Assembly: GCA_963676915.2 (NCBI GenBank)
Contig: CAXXVK010000052.1
Coordinates: 64,001 to 128,000, forward strand
DNA: 64,000 nt
Direction of reading: 5' to 3'
DNA from: Myxococcota bacterium
Lineage (GTDB): Bacteria > Myxococcota_A > SURF-8 > G963663525
The notes beneath the pieces were generated by a model. The model worked only from the letters and a program-made list of their open reading frames with translations. It was not told the origin of the DNA and searched no databases. The position numbers were made by a program, and so were the translations under genes. Shown here one piece after another: positions 10,377-19,852 of the stretch. Each line of letters begins with the position of its first letter. Position 1 is the stretch's first letter.

Positions 10377-11366
10377 TCAGGCTTTATCCAACCGCAGCTC
10401 ATCCTTCTCGGGTTTCTTCATCGGTGTAAATAGCCATACGACATACCCGAGCGACCCTAGCAGCAAAAAGAAGTTTACAAACAGCAACAACGAAAATGCG
10501 ACGGCTTCTTCATGACCTACACCAACCGTCGAAAACAAATAAATCAGCGTGGCTTCCCTCGTGCCGATCCCCGAAACCGTCACCGGCACCAGCGCCACAA
10601 GGGTGGCAATCGATATGAAAAACGCAATGTTTCCATACGATACGGAAATGTTCAAACTCGATGCCAGACACCAACACCCCAGAAAGAAGCCGATGTAAAT
10701 GACAACTGTCATCAGGATCGGAATCACCAACCGGGGCTGGATCATTTGTAACGTAGCCTCTCGGAAACTGGCGAAAAGCTCGTCTGCATCCGATTTGAAC
10801 TTACGAAACAGCATCGCCTTGAACAGCGTATCCAGGATTTTCCCAGCTACCGAGCGTCGAAGCGCTACGAAAGAAAACCCAAGAATTCCGGCACTTAACG
10901 CCAGAAACAGGCAACCGAATCCACCGATGAGATCGAGATGCCAGATTCCGAAAAATCCTACGACGAACAGCAACTCGATATCCATCAAGCGGTCCGCCAG
11001 CACAGAACTCAGCCCAACCGATTTCGAGGCCAATCCATAATGTTTGACCCAGAGAATTTTCAGAAATTCCCCGACTCTCGCCGGAGTGATCATTCCGAAA
11101 TATTGGGCGGCCGTATAGATTTTCAAGGCGTCCGATGCACGAGCAGGAATTTTCTGCAAGCGCATCAAATACCACCAGCGCAGCCCTTTGGTCACGATCA
11201 TGACAAGGTTCAGCACGATGGCGAGAACAAACATCACAAGGTCGATATGCTTAAGAATTTCGAGGAGTTTCGACCAGTCTACCCGCCAGAGAATTACAAC
11301 GAGAATCACAAGCCCCAACACACGCAGGACTTTCGTTGGTTTCAAGGCGGTGGCTCCGTCTTTCAC
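10377..11366 (-). CDS. lysylphosphatidylglycerol synthase TM / UPF0104 flippase-like protein
   Basis: RW..L, FGMITPARVGEFLK, S.LADRLMD, VPVTVSGIGTRE motifs; 8 TM. Confidence 0.9.
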   Translation of the reverse strand: MKDGATALKPTKVLRVLGLVILVVILWRVDWSKLLEILKHIDLVMFVLAIVLNLVMIVTKGLRWWYLMRLQKIPARASDALKIYTAAQYFGMITPARVGEFLKILWVKHYGLASKSVGLSSVLADRLMDIELLFVVGFFGIWHLDLIGGFGCLFLALSAGILGFSFVALRRSVAGKILDTLFKAMLFRKFKSDADELFASFREATLQMIQPRLVIPILMTVVIYIGFFLGCWCLASSLNISVSYGNIAFFISIATLVALVPVTVSGIGTREATLIYLFSTVGVGHEEAVAFSLLLFVNFFLLLGSLGYVVWLFTPMKKPEKDELRLDKA

Positions 11367-11369
11367 CGG

Positions 11370-12248
11370 CTAATCCCCCGGAGAACCTCGCCGGATCATC
11401 GAAATCAGATCCGCGAGGATGCCGAAAAAGAACAGAAGAAATCCGAAAACGAAAATCACAACGGCGGTATTCGGGAACCGCCCGTAAGCGAAAATCCCGA
11501 AAATAGCGTACAACATTCCGAAAACACAGAACAAAAAGCTTCCCGGCAGAAAGATTTTCAGAGGATTGAACAGCGCCACCGAGCGGATGATCAGCATGAT
11601 GGTCTGCAATCCGTCGCGAACCATGTTGACGTTGCTTTTGCGCCCCAACCGTTCGAACGTATTGATCGGGACCCACTTGATTGAATATCCGCCCAGCAAG
11701 AACGCCATGGTGCTGGTTGTGGAGATGGAAAAGCCGTTGGGATAGATGTGGAGAAATTCTTTGAAGGCTTTGAGGCGGATGATTCGAAATCCACAGTTGA
11801 GATCGGGAATTTTGGTACCGGAAAGGTAGTTGGCAGTCAGGGAAAGCACCTTTTTGCCAGGCATCCGGCTAAGTTGCACGTCGGAGCCTTTTTGACGCAC
11901 ACCGACCACCATATCGTAATCTTCGGCATCTTCCACCATCCGGGGAATGTCTTCCGGGTTGTGCTGTCCGTCGGAGTCCAGCATCATGATGAAATCCGTC
12001 TCGGCCCTGCGCGCTCCCGCTTTTACCGCTGCACCGTACCCCTTGTTATAGGGCTGTTGTAGCAACGTGCAGTACTCGAATTCTCGAACGACATCGGCGG
12101 TGCGATCGGTCGAACCGTCATCCACCACAAGAATCGGCCATTCGTGCTCTTTCGCTATAGGAATCAGTTTTTCCAGTACGTTACGAATCCCGACTTCTTC
12201 GTTGTAAGCCGGAATGATAATCGACAGGCTCAATTTCTGATCGTCCAT
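11370..12248 (-). CDS. GT2 polyprenol-phosphate glycosyltransferase (DPM1/GtrB-like)
   Basis: IIIPAYNEE, VVDDGSTD, NKGYGAA, DSDGQH, DLNCGFR, two C-terminal TM helices. Confidence 0.93.
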   Translation of the reverse strand: MDDQKLSLSIIIPAYNEEVGIRNVLEKLIPIAKEHEWPILVVDDGSTDRTADVVREFEYCTLLQQPYNKGYGAAVKAGARRAETDFIMMLDSDGQHNPEDIPRMVEDAEDYDMVVGVRQKGSDVQLSRMPGKKVLSLTANYLSGTKIPDLNCGFRIIRLKAFKEFLHIYPNGFSISTTSTMAFLLGGYSIKWVPINTFERLGRKSNVNMVRDGLQTIMLIIRSVALFNPLKIFLPGSFLFCVFGMLYAIFGIFAYGRFPNTAVVIFVFGFLLFFFGILADLISMIRRGSPGD

Positions 12249-12278
12249 CGGACTCCTCTCCAAACGCAACAGGCCGTA

Positions 12279-13703
12279 TCAACTCCAGATTTTCAGATGA
12301 TCCCCTGCGATGCGCATCAACTGGCCCAGTTCTTCTGTGTTACCAGTCATTTTAAGCGTTCGAAGTGCTCGTTTGGGGTTCAGGTAGTATTTCATGTACG
12401 CCTTGCGAATGGCAGCCCGGATGTCGTCGGTCGAAAGGTGATTGTAATTCACTACGGCGGAATAATTCTGGTCAAAATCTTCCCAGCTTGTTGAAAGCAA
12501 CCAGTCGTTTTCACTGGCAATTTTGTTGAATTTCGTACCGGGATACGGTGCCGCAACGGCAAAATTGGCGAGATCCAACGGAAGCTCGCAGGCGAAATTC
12601 ATCGTGCGTTCCATCGACTCCTTCGTGTCGCCGAGCAATCCCATGATGAAGTAGCCCCAAACCCTGATCCCGGCCTTTTTCGTGGCCAAAACGGTTTTTC
12701 TCGCCAACTCCACAGAGGCTTTGCCACCTTTTTCCACAGACTTAAGCACGTCGTCGTCGCCGGATTCGATACCGTACGCGATCATCCAGCAACCGGCACG
12801 CTTCATCCAACCCAGCATTTCTTCATCTATGGTATCCACGCGACTGTTGCAAATCCAACGAACCTTCAACCCGTTTTCCACAATCAGGCGGCACAGGTCG
12901 AGAACGATTTGCTTGTCGATCGTGAAGGTATCCGAGTGGAACATGATGTTATCGACACCAAGCGTTCCCAAATGGACCAATTCCTTATAGATCGACTCCG
13001 CCGAGCGTTTGCGCACGCGACGTCCCCACATGATCGGCTGTCGGCAATAATTGCAGGGATACGGGCACCCACGAGAGTGAAGCACGAAGGTGTAATTGCT
13101 GCCGATAAACGGCAACCGGTGCTTTTCGACCGGCAACAGGTCATGAGCCGGAATCGGCAGGCTATCCAGATCGTCGATATACGGACGTTCCTCGGTGACA
13201 ACGGGTGTGCCTTCCTCATCGCGAAAAGCAACCCCTTTGACCCTGAAAAGATCCCCTTCCTTCTCTACCGTTTGGATCAACTCAAGGATGCTGCCTTCGA
13301 TTTCCCGGCAGATCACGTAATCCAGAGAAGGATATTCATTGAGAGTCGCTTCGGGCAACGCCGTTACATGAGGACCACAAGCAATGGACTGCGCCCCAAC
13401 GGTTTTACCGTAATACGACGCCATCAGGTCATTGCTGACAATCGAACTGATCGGGTTGGTAACAACCCACCGGGGCCGATGCTCGACGAGGTATTTTTTG
13501 ACGAACTCCCAGTCATATCCGGAAGCGATACAATCGAGCAGATCCACAGTATACCCGGCTTCCCGCATGATAGCCGCCGGATAGGCCAAAGATGTCTGGG
13601 GCCAGATAGTCCGTTCGCTGCTACGACGCCCCGAACGGTTGACATCGCGAATATAGATATAGTCGTCGGGTGACGGCGGATTGATAAATAGAATATCCAA
13701 CAT
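12279..13703 (-). CDS. B12-binding radical SAM protein (HpnJ/BchE-like N-terminus)
   Basis: ILFINPP..SGRRSSERTIWPQTSLAYPAA, SRGCPYPCNYC, WICNSRVD, AGCWMIAYGIESG, APYPGT. Confidence 0.92.
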   Translation of the reverse strand: MLDILFINPPSPDDYIYIRDVNRSGRRSSERTIWPQTSLAYPAAIMREAGYTVDLLDCIASGYDWEFVKKYLVEHRPRWVVTNPISSIVSNDLMASYYGKTVGAQSIACGPHVTALPEATLNEYPSLDYVICREIEGSILELIQTVEKEGDLFRVKGVAFRDEEGTPVVTEERPYIDDLDSLPIPAHDLLPVEKHRLPFIGSNYTFVLHSRGCPYPCNYCRQPIMWGRRVRKRSAESIYKELVHLGTLGVDNIMFHSDTFTIDKQIVLDLCRLIVENGLKVRWICNSRVDTIDEEMLGWMKRAGCWMIAYGIESGDDDVLKSVEKGGKASVELARKTVLATKKAGIRVWGYFIMGLLGDTKESMERTMNFACELPLDLANFAVAAPYPGTKFNKIASENDWLLSTSWEDFDQNYSAVVNYNHLSTDDIRAAIRKAYMKYYLNPKRALRTLKMTGNTEELGQLMRIAGDHLKIWS

Positions 13704-13717
13704 GATTCAATCGTCCT

Positions 13718-14515
13718 TCAGTCTCGTTTTACTCCGTGTACGAACATCCCCCATCCCAGGCGACGCAGGCCCGGAATTTTACCGATCAGACGATCGAAAT
13801 CGACGAGTTTCTCGGTCACATCGGGGGTAATGGGCAAATATTTCGAAAAATCGATCAGATCAGGAAAACCGCATAGAGGATATGCGATGTAACCGAAGAA
13901 TTCGACGTTTTTTACCTCGAATTTCCGGCTGATTTCCCTGACGAGTTCGTTGGCGTTCATGTTGCGGTGGTCGTCGGAAAAATGTTCGCCGTGATTGGCG
14001 ATTTTCCGGGGCAGTTCGCTAAGTACGGACTTGTTGGTGTCGGCGATCACCATTTCCCCACCCGGTGCAAGCACTCGGGCCATTTCTTCGATACCACGCC
14101 TCGGATCGGGCAAATGATGCAGCAGCGAGCGAGCCACGACAGCCGAAAACGTCCCGTCCTCGAAAGGCAGGTTTTCGCTGTCGCCCACCAACGCTTCTCC
14201 CAAACGAAGCTTGGCTTTTTCAATCATCATCGGGGAGATATCCAACCCGGTGATGCGTTCTTTCATTTCGGGATAGACAAAACCTAAAATGCCGTTTCCG
14301 CAACCGTTGTCCAGAATCCGGCCTTCGACCGCTTTCGGAGAAAGCATTTCCACCATTCGCTGAGTCCAGCGGGTGTGATAGCAACGGGAATGAGGCAACA
14401 GGTAACGCTTTTCTTCATAGTCTTCGGACACGCGATCCTGCACACAGACTTCCGCTTCCTTCCATTCCCTGCCGCATTTTTCGCATTTACCCATTTCGGT
14501 CACGTCCTTCGGCAC
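13718..14515 (-). CDS. class I SAM-dependent methyltransferase (Methyltransf_11-like)
   Basis: ILDNGCGNG, GLDIS, GDSENLPFEDGTF, LLHHLPD, RVLAPGG; GTG start with GGAGAGG RBS. Confidence 0.9.
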   Translation of the reverse strand: MPKDVTEMGKCEKCGREWKEAEVCVQDRVSEDYEEKRYLLPHSRCYHTRWTQRMVEMLSPKAVEGRILDNGCGNGILGFVYPEMKERITGLDISPMMIEKAKLRLGEALVGDSENLPFEDGTFSAVVARSLLHHLPDPRRGIEEMARVLAPGGEMVIADTNKSVLSELPRKIANHGEHFSDDHRNMNANELVREISRKFEVKNVEFFGYIAYPLCGFPDLIDFSKYLPITPDVTEKLVDFDRLIGKIPGLRRLGWGMFVHGVKRD

Positions 14516-14555
14516 TTAATATGCCTCTCCAATATAAACACCTACGAAGTCACGC

Positions 14556-14584
14556 ATAATAAAAAGGTAGACGGTCGAAGTCAA
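14556..14584 (-). promoter_or_regulatory. sigma70-type promoter of the MTase-rSAM-GT2-flippase-GT-C operon
   Basis: TTGACT-17 bp-TATTAT. Confidence 0.6.
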
Positions 14585-14749
14585 GGGAAAGAAAGTATCG
14601 AAAATGTTCGAGTATTTGCCATCGAACAACAGCCCCACTCATACAATATTTTGGCTTGTGCCGTTCACGAAAAACCTGCATCTCGAATACGATTTGCAGT
14701 AGTATAGAAGGAAAAATCAAGGACATTCTGACGAAGCGGTGGTTTGAAA

Positions 14750-15331
14750 ATGCGTGAAAACCTTTTGGGGAAAACGACGGTGATCCGACCACTTGAAAAA
14801 GCCGACCTGAAAACGATTTGGCATTGGTGGAACAACAGAGAGCTGATGGCGGAGGTTTTGGCAGAGGATTTTTCCATCAGCTTGCAAGAACTCGAAGAAA
14901 AGTACTGGCCAGCCTGGGAAAATCCAGCACCACACGGACCTTTCATTTATCTAATCTGCCTGAACCAAAAACCTATTGGGGAGATAAATCACACCTTGCA
15001 TAAGAAAGAGGCGAACCTTGCAGAAATCCATCTAAAAATCGCCGAACCGACATTGTGGGGAAAAGGTTATGGAAAAGATGCATTGACCACCTATTTGGAC
15101 TACCTATTGAAAGTAGAACATATCCATCGCATTCATGCCAAACCAGGCAGCCATAACAGACGGATGCAGTCTCTGTGCCGTAAACTGGGGTTTACGGAAA
15201 TTGAACGTGTTGAGATAAAAGAAGTTATGGGCAAAAAATACCACGATCTCCAGGAAATCACGTTTGAGTTGACACAGGAAAAATGGGAAAAACGCAATCC
15301 GCATTCGTTCCGAAAAAAGTCCCCAAACTGA
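14750..15331 (+). CDS. GNAT acetyltransferase, RimJ/RimL family
   Basis: IRPLEKAD, IGEI, WGKGYGKDA acetyl-CoA motif, N.R...L..KLGF. Confidence 0.9.
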   Translation: MRENLLGKTTVIRPLEKADLKTIWHWWNNRELMAEVLAEDFSISLQELEEKYWPAWENPAPHGPFIYLICLNQKPIGEINHTLHKKEANLAEIHLKIAEPTLWGKGYGKDALTTYLDYLLKVEHIHRIHAKPGSHNRRMQSLCRKLGFTEIERVEIKEVMGKKYHDLQEITFELTQEKWEKRNPHSFRKKSPN

Positions 15332-15378
15332 TTTCATTCATGGATCGGGATCTAGACTCCCAACGGTAATACCTGCCC

Positions 15379-17184
15379 TTAAAACGTCGAAGAGGAAACC
15401 ACAACCTGATCCCGATGAATTTCCGTACCTTCGTAGCGATACACGACGGTATAGGTCGAACTCGCCAAGTCACGGATTTCCGTAGTAACTTTCAAGGGAG
15501 ACGAACTGCGGTTCCATCGCGAATACACTGGTATTTCATCCAATGTAATCATATCTCCATCGATCTGTACATCCACATAAAGTTCCCACAGGCCAGTATT
15601 GTATTCCCGACCTTGATGCACAGCATCGAATCCGGTGCTGTTCGCGACGAATTGCGTGCTTTCTCCCGAGGCTGAGGCTGTGTGATTCGTGATTGCCGTT
15701 ACGTTACGCGGTACGACCACCGTGTCGGACAAACGATCTCCCAACCGGGTTTCCAGGGTAATCGTGTAGGAAGCGGGAAACAGGGAACCAATCGTATAGA
15801 CAAACTGTCGTTTGCAATATCCCGAGCTGCACTCATCGACCGTAACGACTTCGAGAACTTCCAGTTGATTCTGCTGCTGATCGAATTCGAATCTCGGAGT
15901 GCTCATACAGATGGCATCCGGGGTACTGTCGCCGATGTGGTGAACGATCACCTTTCCGTTGGACCAATAGGCATGTAACGCATGAGACGTATCGAAGGAA
16001 AAGTCATCCAGGCAATCGGTACCGGGAGACTGAACGCTCTCCAAAACACCCATTTCCGGTATGGGAACCTCTATTTCCTCTTCTTGCTCCGGTTCCAGTT
16101 CCACTGCGGCTTCCTCTTCCTCCTCGTCCCCATCCGTCAGGTCGGTTTTCGCTGTAAAAGAAAAGGAATAGCTACCCAACTCGTTGTCGCTTTCGTCCAT
16201 CAACCCTTCTTCGAGACGAATGGTATACGTCACGCCTTCCTGCAACCAGTTGGAGGCATCCAGCATCATGGACAACGACCGGTGATCGTCCTGCCAATCC
16301 GCCGAGAAAACCATCGTCGTGCCATCGTCGCCTTTCCAGCTAAGATCGTCTTCCAAATCGAAAGCGTAGATTTTCATTGGCTCGGAAAACGCTACCAACA
16401 CGTAATCCCGATCGAGCGAAACGAAAGAGCCATCAGCAGGATCGGTATACTCGACTTCGGGAAGCAAATCCTCCACTTCTTCCACATCCATATCCGCCGG
16501 AGGTTGCCCTTGGACCGTGAATTGGAATTCGTAGCCGGAAAACTCGAAACCGTCCTCGTCGAAAATGTCTCCGCCTTTTATCGTGACCGTGTAAACAGCC
16601 CCTGAAATCAGAGGGTTGATCAGGGTCAGTCGAAGTTGCCGGTTCAACGGGCGTTCCTGTCCTTGGTAATCGATCGTCCCTGCCTGGTCGATCCAGTCAT
16701 TCAGATAACTTTGACGCTCGCCGTAGGTTTCTACGGTCACGAGGTTTCGCGTTGCTACGTTGGGATGGGTCCAGACCGGACGAGAGAACACGATATCAAT
16801 ATTGAGCAATGTCCCTGGAACCACTTCGTCTGCATGGGGAGATGTGGACAATACCGTCGGTCCGGGGTCGATCTCTTCTTCCTCCTCCAAATCGGCATCC
16901 GCGCCATACAGACAATCTCCATTCTCGCAGATCTTTCCTTGAGCGGAGCAATCGGCGCGATCTTCCCAGTAATTGTCTGCACAGACCTGTGCCACCTGAA
17001 GCCGATCCGGGTCGCAACGCTGCACACCGGATTGGCATTCGATCTGGTTTTCCAGTTCCGTAACGGGCTGGTCGTCATCGGCTTGCGGACCGGAGCCGCC
17101 GCTATCGGAGCATCCCGCACCGAAGGCAACGGCCAACAGCAACCACCCCACAAGGATCAAACGCTTTAAATTGCTTATCCCCAT
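15379..17184 (-). CDS. lipoprotein with a short Cys-rich module, acidic linkers and two Big_5-like Ig domains
   Basis: Lipobox FGAGC; P(T/E)V..T.P..,..I.FS.P and L..G..YT(V/I).. patterns twice; acidic spacers. Confidence 0.75.
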   Translation of the reverse strand: MGISNLKRLILVGWLLLAVAFGAGCSDSGGSGPQADDDQPVTELENQIECQSGVQRCDPDRLQVAQVCADNYWEDRADCSAQGKICENGDCLYGADADLEEEEEIDPGPTVLSTSPHADEVVPGTLLNIDIVFSRPVWTHPNVATRNLVTVETYGERQSYLNDWIDQAGTIDYQGQERPLNRQLRLTLINPLISGAVYTVTIKGGDIFDEDGFEFSGYEFQFTVQGQPPADMDVEEVEDLLPEVEYTDPADGSFVSLDRDYVLVAFSEPMKIYAFDLEDDLSWKGDDGTTMVFSADWQDDHRSLSMMLDASNWLQEGVTYTIRLEEGLMDESDNELGSYSFSFTAKTDLTDGDEEEEEAAVELEPEQEEEIEVPIPEMGVLESVQSPGTDCLDDFSFDTSHALHAYWSNGKVIVHHIGDSTPDAICMSTPRFEFDQQQNQLEVLEVVTVDECSSGYCKRQFVYTIGSLFPASYTITLETRLGDRLSDTVVVPRNVTAITNHTASASGESTQFVANSTGFDAVHQGREYNTGLWELYVDVQIDGDMITLDEIPVYSRWNRSSSPLKVTTEIRDLASSTYTVVYRYEGTEIHRDQVVVSSSTF

Positions 17185-17299
17185 GTCAAACTCCCAGGTC
17201 CGTCCATCCATTCATCTCTCTTGGGGTGAGACGAACGTGTTGCGAATTTTTCGACCCGTTTTCGCCCCCACAGCGAATTTTACGAGGATTCTTGAAGGC

Positions 17300-17857
17300 T
17301 TACATACCTTTGATAATGTACCACTTGTCATCCATCTTTTCCAGCACCATCTGGTTCGAATCGTTTTTGGCATACCAGATTTCTTTGTCGAAGTTGTCTT
17401 CCATCTTCGGCTCGGCGCCTTCCATGACCATTTTTTCCTCGAAACGAGGCGGCGGCATTTTGAAGTTCAACACAAAATTGTATCGGACCTTGGCCACGTT
17501 TTCGTCTTCGGAAAACTCGATTTTCTTATAAATGATGGTCAATTTGATCGACGTGATCTGCCGGAATTCCTCGGATTGAAGAAAATCGAGCAACCCATTG
17601 TAATCATAGTTGTTTCGGCTGTTGGTATCGCCGTTTTTTTCGAAATAGTTGTTCGATGCCAGCGCGGTGAGCATATCGATGTCCCGGTCCTCGACCGCGT
17701 GCCGATAACTTTCGACCACTTTGATGATCTCACGGGTTCTCGAATTGTCTTCGATCTGCGTGCCTTCGATTCGTTTCTTACGGCATCCCCCGGCAAGCGA
17801 GAGCAAAACGAGAATCAGCAAAACCATCGTAAAAGTATGTGTCGTGAAACGTATCAT
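17300..17857 (-). CDS. lipoprotein, probable NTF2-like fold, last gene of the T2SS operon
   Basis: Lipobox LAGGC; Y..AVE.RD.D.L..LAS..Y and terminal L.K.DDKWYI pattern; start directly after the gspN stop. Confidence 0.7.
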   Translation of the reverse strand: MIRFTTHTFTMVLLILVLLSLAGGCRKKRIEGTQIEDNSRTREIIKVVESYRHAVEDRDIDMLTALASNNYFEKNGDTNSRNNYDYNGLLDFLQSEEFRQITSIKLTIIYKKIEFSEDENVAKVRYNFVLNFKMPPPRFEEKMVMEGAEPKMEDNFDKEIWYAKNDSNQMVLEKMDDKWYIIKGM

Positions 17858-19288
17858 TTATTCTTCTCCTTGAATTTCCTTGGTTTTATCCGTCTCGTCT
17901 TCGGCCCCTTCGTCCGTGCCTTCTTCGGCACCTTCGTCGGCTGTATCTTCTTCTTCTACGGCGTCGTCTTCTTCTTCGACCGCAGTATCTTCTTCTTCAA
18001 CGGTATCTTCCTCTTCCACAGCGTCGTCTTCTTCCAACTCTTCCTCGTCCTCTTCCACAGTAGGTTCGTCGGATTTTTTACTGTTGGTAAGATCTTTGGT
18101 CAAACGATCCCTTGTCTTGTTTTTCAACCTAGAACGAACCTTTGTGGGTGACGCATCTTTCTTACCGTAATCTTTACTTGCTTTTCTAGCTCTCGGTTTC
18201 TTCGGTGTAGCTTTTTTCGGTGCTTTCGGTTTTCTTCGTTCCAGTTTGGCTTTTGTTTTCGCTTTTCGTTTGCCTTTGGAACGGAATTTCAGCTCGGCCG
18301 CTCGGTTTTTCTGCCAGACCGGATTTTCCAGACTACCCTTCATGGTGAAATAGTAAAAACCGTCCGCTCCTTCCGCGCTTTTGTTGGCTGACAGAGCGAT
18401 CTGGAACAAATCGTTCGATTTCAACAGGCTTTCGGAGATTTTGAACCGGAAATTGATGTTCGCCACCGAACGCCCCAAGGGAGTACGCAACCGGACCGAA
18501 CCCGTCGAGTCCGTTTCGATATCGGTTTTTTCGTGCTCCCATCGGGTGAAGTCGATCTTGCTGTCCTTGATCTCGATCGCGGTGATCAGCTTGCCGAGGT
18601 TCACTTCGGGAAGATCCAAGTTCATTTTGGACATTCCCGGCACCGGGACTTCCATTTTTCCCGGTCCCAGCACGACACCGAACATTTTGATCTCGCCCGT
18701 TCCCTTCGAACGCTTGATATCTTTCAGATCGAGATCCAGGTCATAGTCCAAATCGATTCGACCTTTGATCGGCAAATCCGGTAAGTGGGCTTGAAGAGAA
18801 GGATTGGATTCGAAACGAAGCCCTTTGGCATCAAGTTTCACGACATAGCGCTGCTGTTCCTGATTGATGCGAAACTGACTTTCGATAACTCCGCCGTAGA
18901 TTTCGACCTTGGCGTCCCCTTCGATTTCTCCATTCAATCCGGCCATCGGAGACAGAGAAGCCTCCATGTACTGGATTTTCATCGGCAAAAGCCGATTGGG
19001 GTTGGGTGCATTGGGTTTATCCGCAATAACGACTTCCCGAGCCTCGACTCCCAGTGGGAAATTCAGCCCCAATTCACCGATGGAAATATCCATGTTCTGG
19101 CGTTTGCTGGCTTCATCGACGATTCGCGCCTTCACTTGCTCGGTTGGAAACGTGAAAACCAGAGCTACGGTAAAACACACGGATGCAAAAGCCGGATAAC
19201 CGAAAAATTTCAGCAATCGCTTTTTGTTACCGAACAGCGCCGGTATCCAGGAAACGAGGGCGAACAGGATTTTCTTAATCTTATTCAA
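17858..19288 (-). CDS. gspN: type II secretion protein N with long basic and acidic C-terminal tail
   Basis: N-terminal TM, TFP..(V)KARI motif, beta-rich body, G(S)L.NP end; position after gspM. Confidence 0.85.
   Translation of the reverse strand: MNKIKKILFALVSWIPALFGNKKRLLKFFGYPAFASVCFTVALVFTFPTEQVKARIVDEASKRQNMDISIGELGLNFPLGVEAREVVIADKPNAPNPNRLLPMKIQYMEASLSPMAGLNGEIEGDAKVEIYGGVIESQFRINQEQQRYVVKLDAKGLRFESNPSLQAHLPDLPIKGRIDLDYDLDLDLKDIKRSKGTGEIKMFGVVLGPGKMEVPVPGMSKMNLDLPEVNLGKLITAIEIKDSKIDFTRWEHEKTDIETDSTGSVRLRTPLGRSVANINFRFKISESLLKSNDLFQIALSANKSAEGADGFYYFTMKGSLENPVWQKNRAAELKFRSKGKRKAKTKAKLERRKPKAPKKATPKKPRARKASKDYGKKDASPTKVRSRLKNKTRDRLTKDLTNSKKSDEPTVEEDEEELEEDDAVEEEDTVEEEDTAVEEEDDAVEEEDTADEGAEEGTDEGAEDETDKTKEIQGEE
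17895..18060 (-). repeat. imperfect 18-21 bp tandem repeats encoding (A)VEEED(T/D) and DEGAEE units
   Basis: Repeated TCTTCTTC-rich units on + strand; translation EEDDAVEEEDTVEEEDTAVEEEDDAVEEEDTADEGAEEGTDEGAED. Confidence 0.8.
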
Positions 19289-19297
19289 CGGTTCCCC

Positions 19298-19852
19298 CTA
19301 GGCTTCCATAGGTTTGAGCGTCGCGACGTAAAACGTTGCGTCGATCTGCTCTTTGTTGTCGTAACGTCTCTTCATACTTAAACTTTTCACGAATACCAGG
19401 GTATTGGTTGCATCGATTTCCCGAAGCAACAACAGGAGTTTTCCCAATTCGACTTTTTGCAAAACGACTTTGGCGGTTTCTTCTCGAATATTCTGCTCAC
19501 GGTCGGTTTTGCCACGTGCCATCGACAGGGTTTTGTAATCCATGCCGTGTTTTTCCAGCAAGCCACCGACAAAAGAGTGCAAGTTGACGCGGTTGTTTTT
19601 GATATCGTCCGTTTTGTTGCTGGTCTGTCCTTGTTGGGACTTGTAGCGATCACGTAAATCCACGACCTGCTCGAAATTCTGTTTTTTCTTCGCCAGTTTT
19701 GTTTCGTACGATTCAATTTCGGAATGAATCGTGCTGACAATCACCGCGATCAGCAAAACGAAAATCCCGGCGACCGCTCCCAGCATGATCATCTTCTGCC
19801 GGGAGGACAGGCGTTCGAAAAACATTTGTATTTCCTGAAGAATAGCTGTCAT
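19298..19852 (-). CDS. gspM: type II secretion protein M
   Basis: F.RLS.RQK + TM + coiled coil + ferredoxin-like C-terminus; overlaps the gspL stop. Confidence 0.85.
   Translation of the reverse strand: MTAILQEIQMFFERLSSRQKMIMLGAVAGIFVLLIAVIVSTIHSEIESYETKLAKKKQNFEQVVDLRDRYKSQQGQTSNKTDDIKNNRVNLHSFVGGLLEKHGMDYKTLSMARGKTDREQNIREETAKVVLQKVELGKLLLLLREIDATNTLVFVKSLSMKRRYDNKEQIDATFYVATLKPMEA

Noticed and set aside
17895-18060. Tandem repeats as a CRISPR array
   Set aside because: In-frame coding repeats with no spacers and no cas genes
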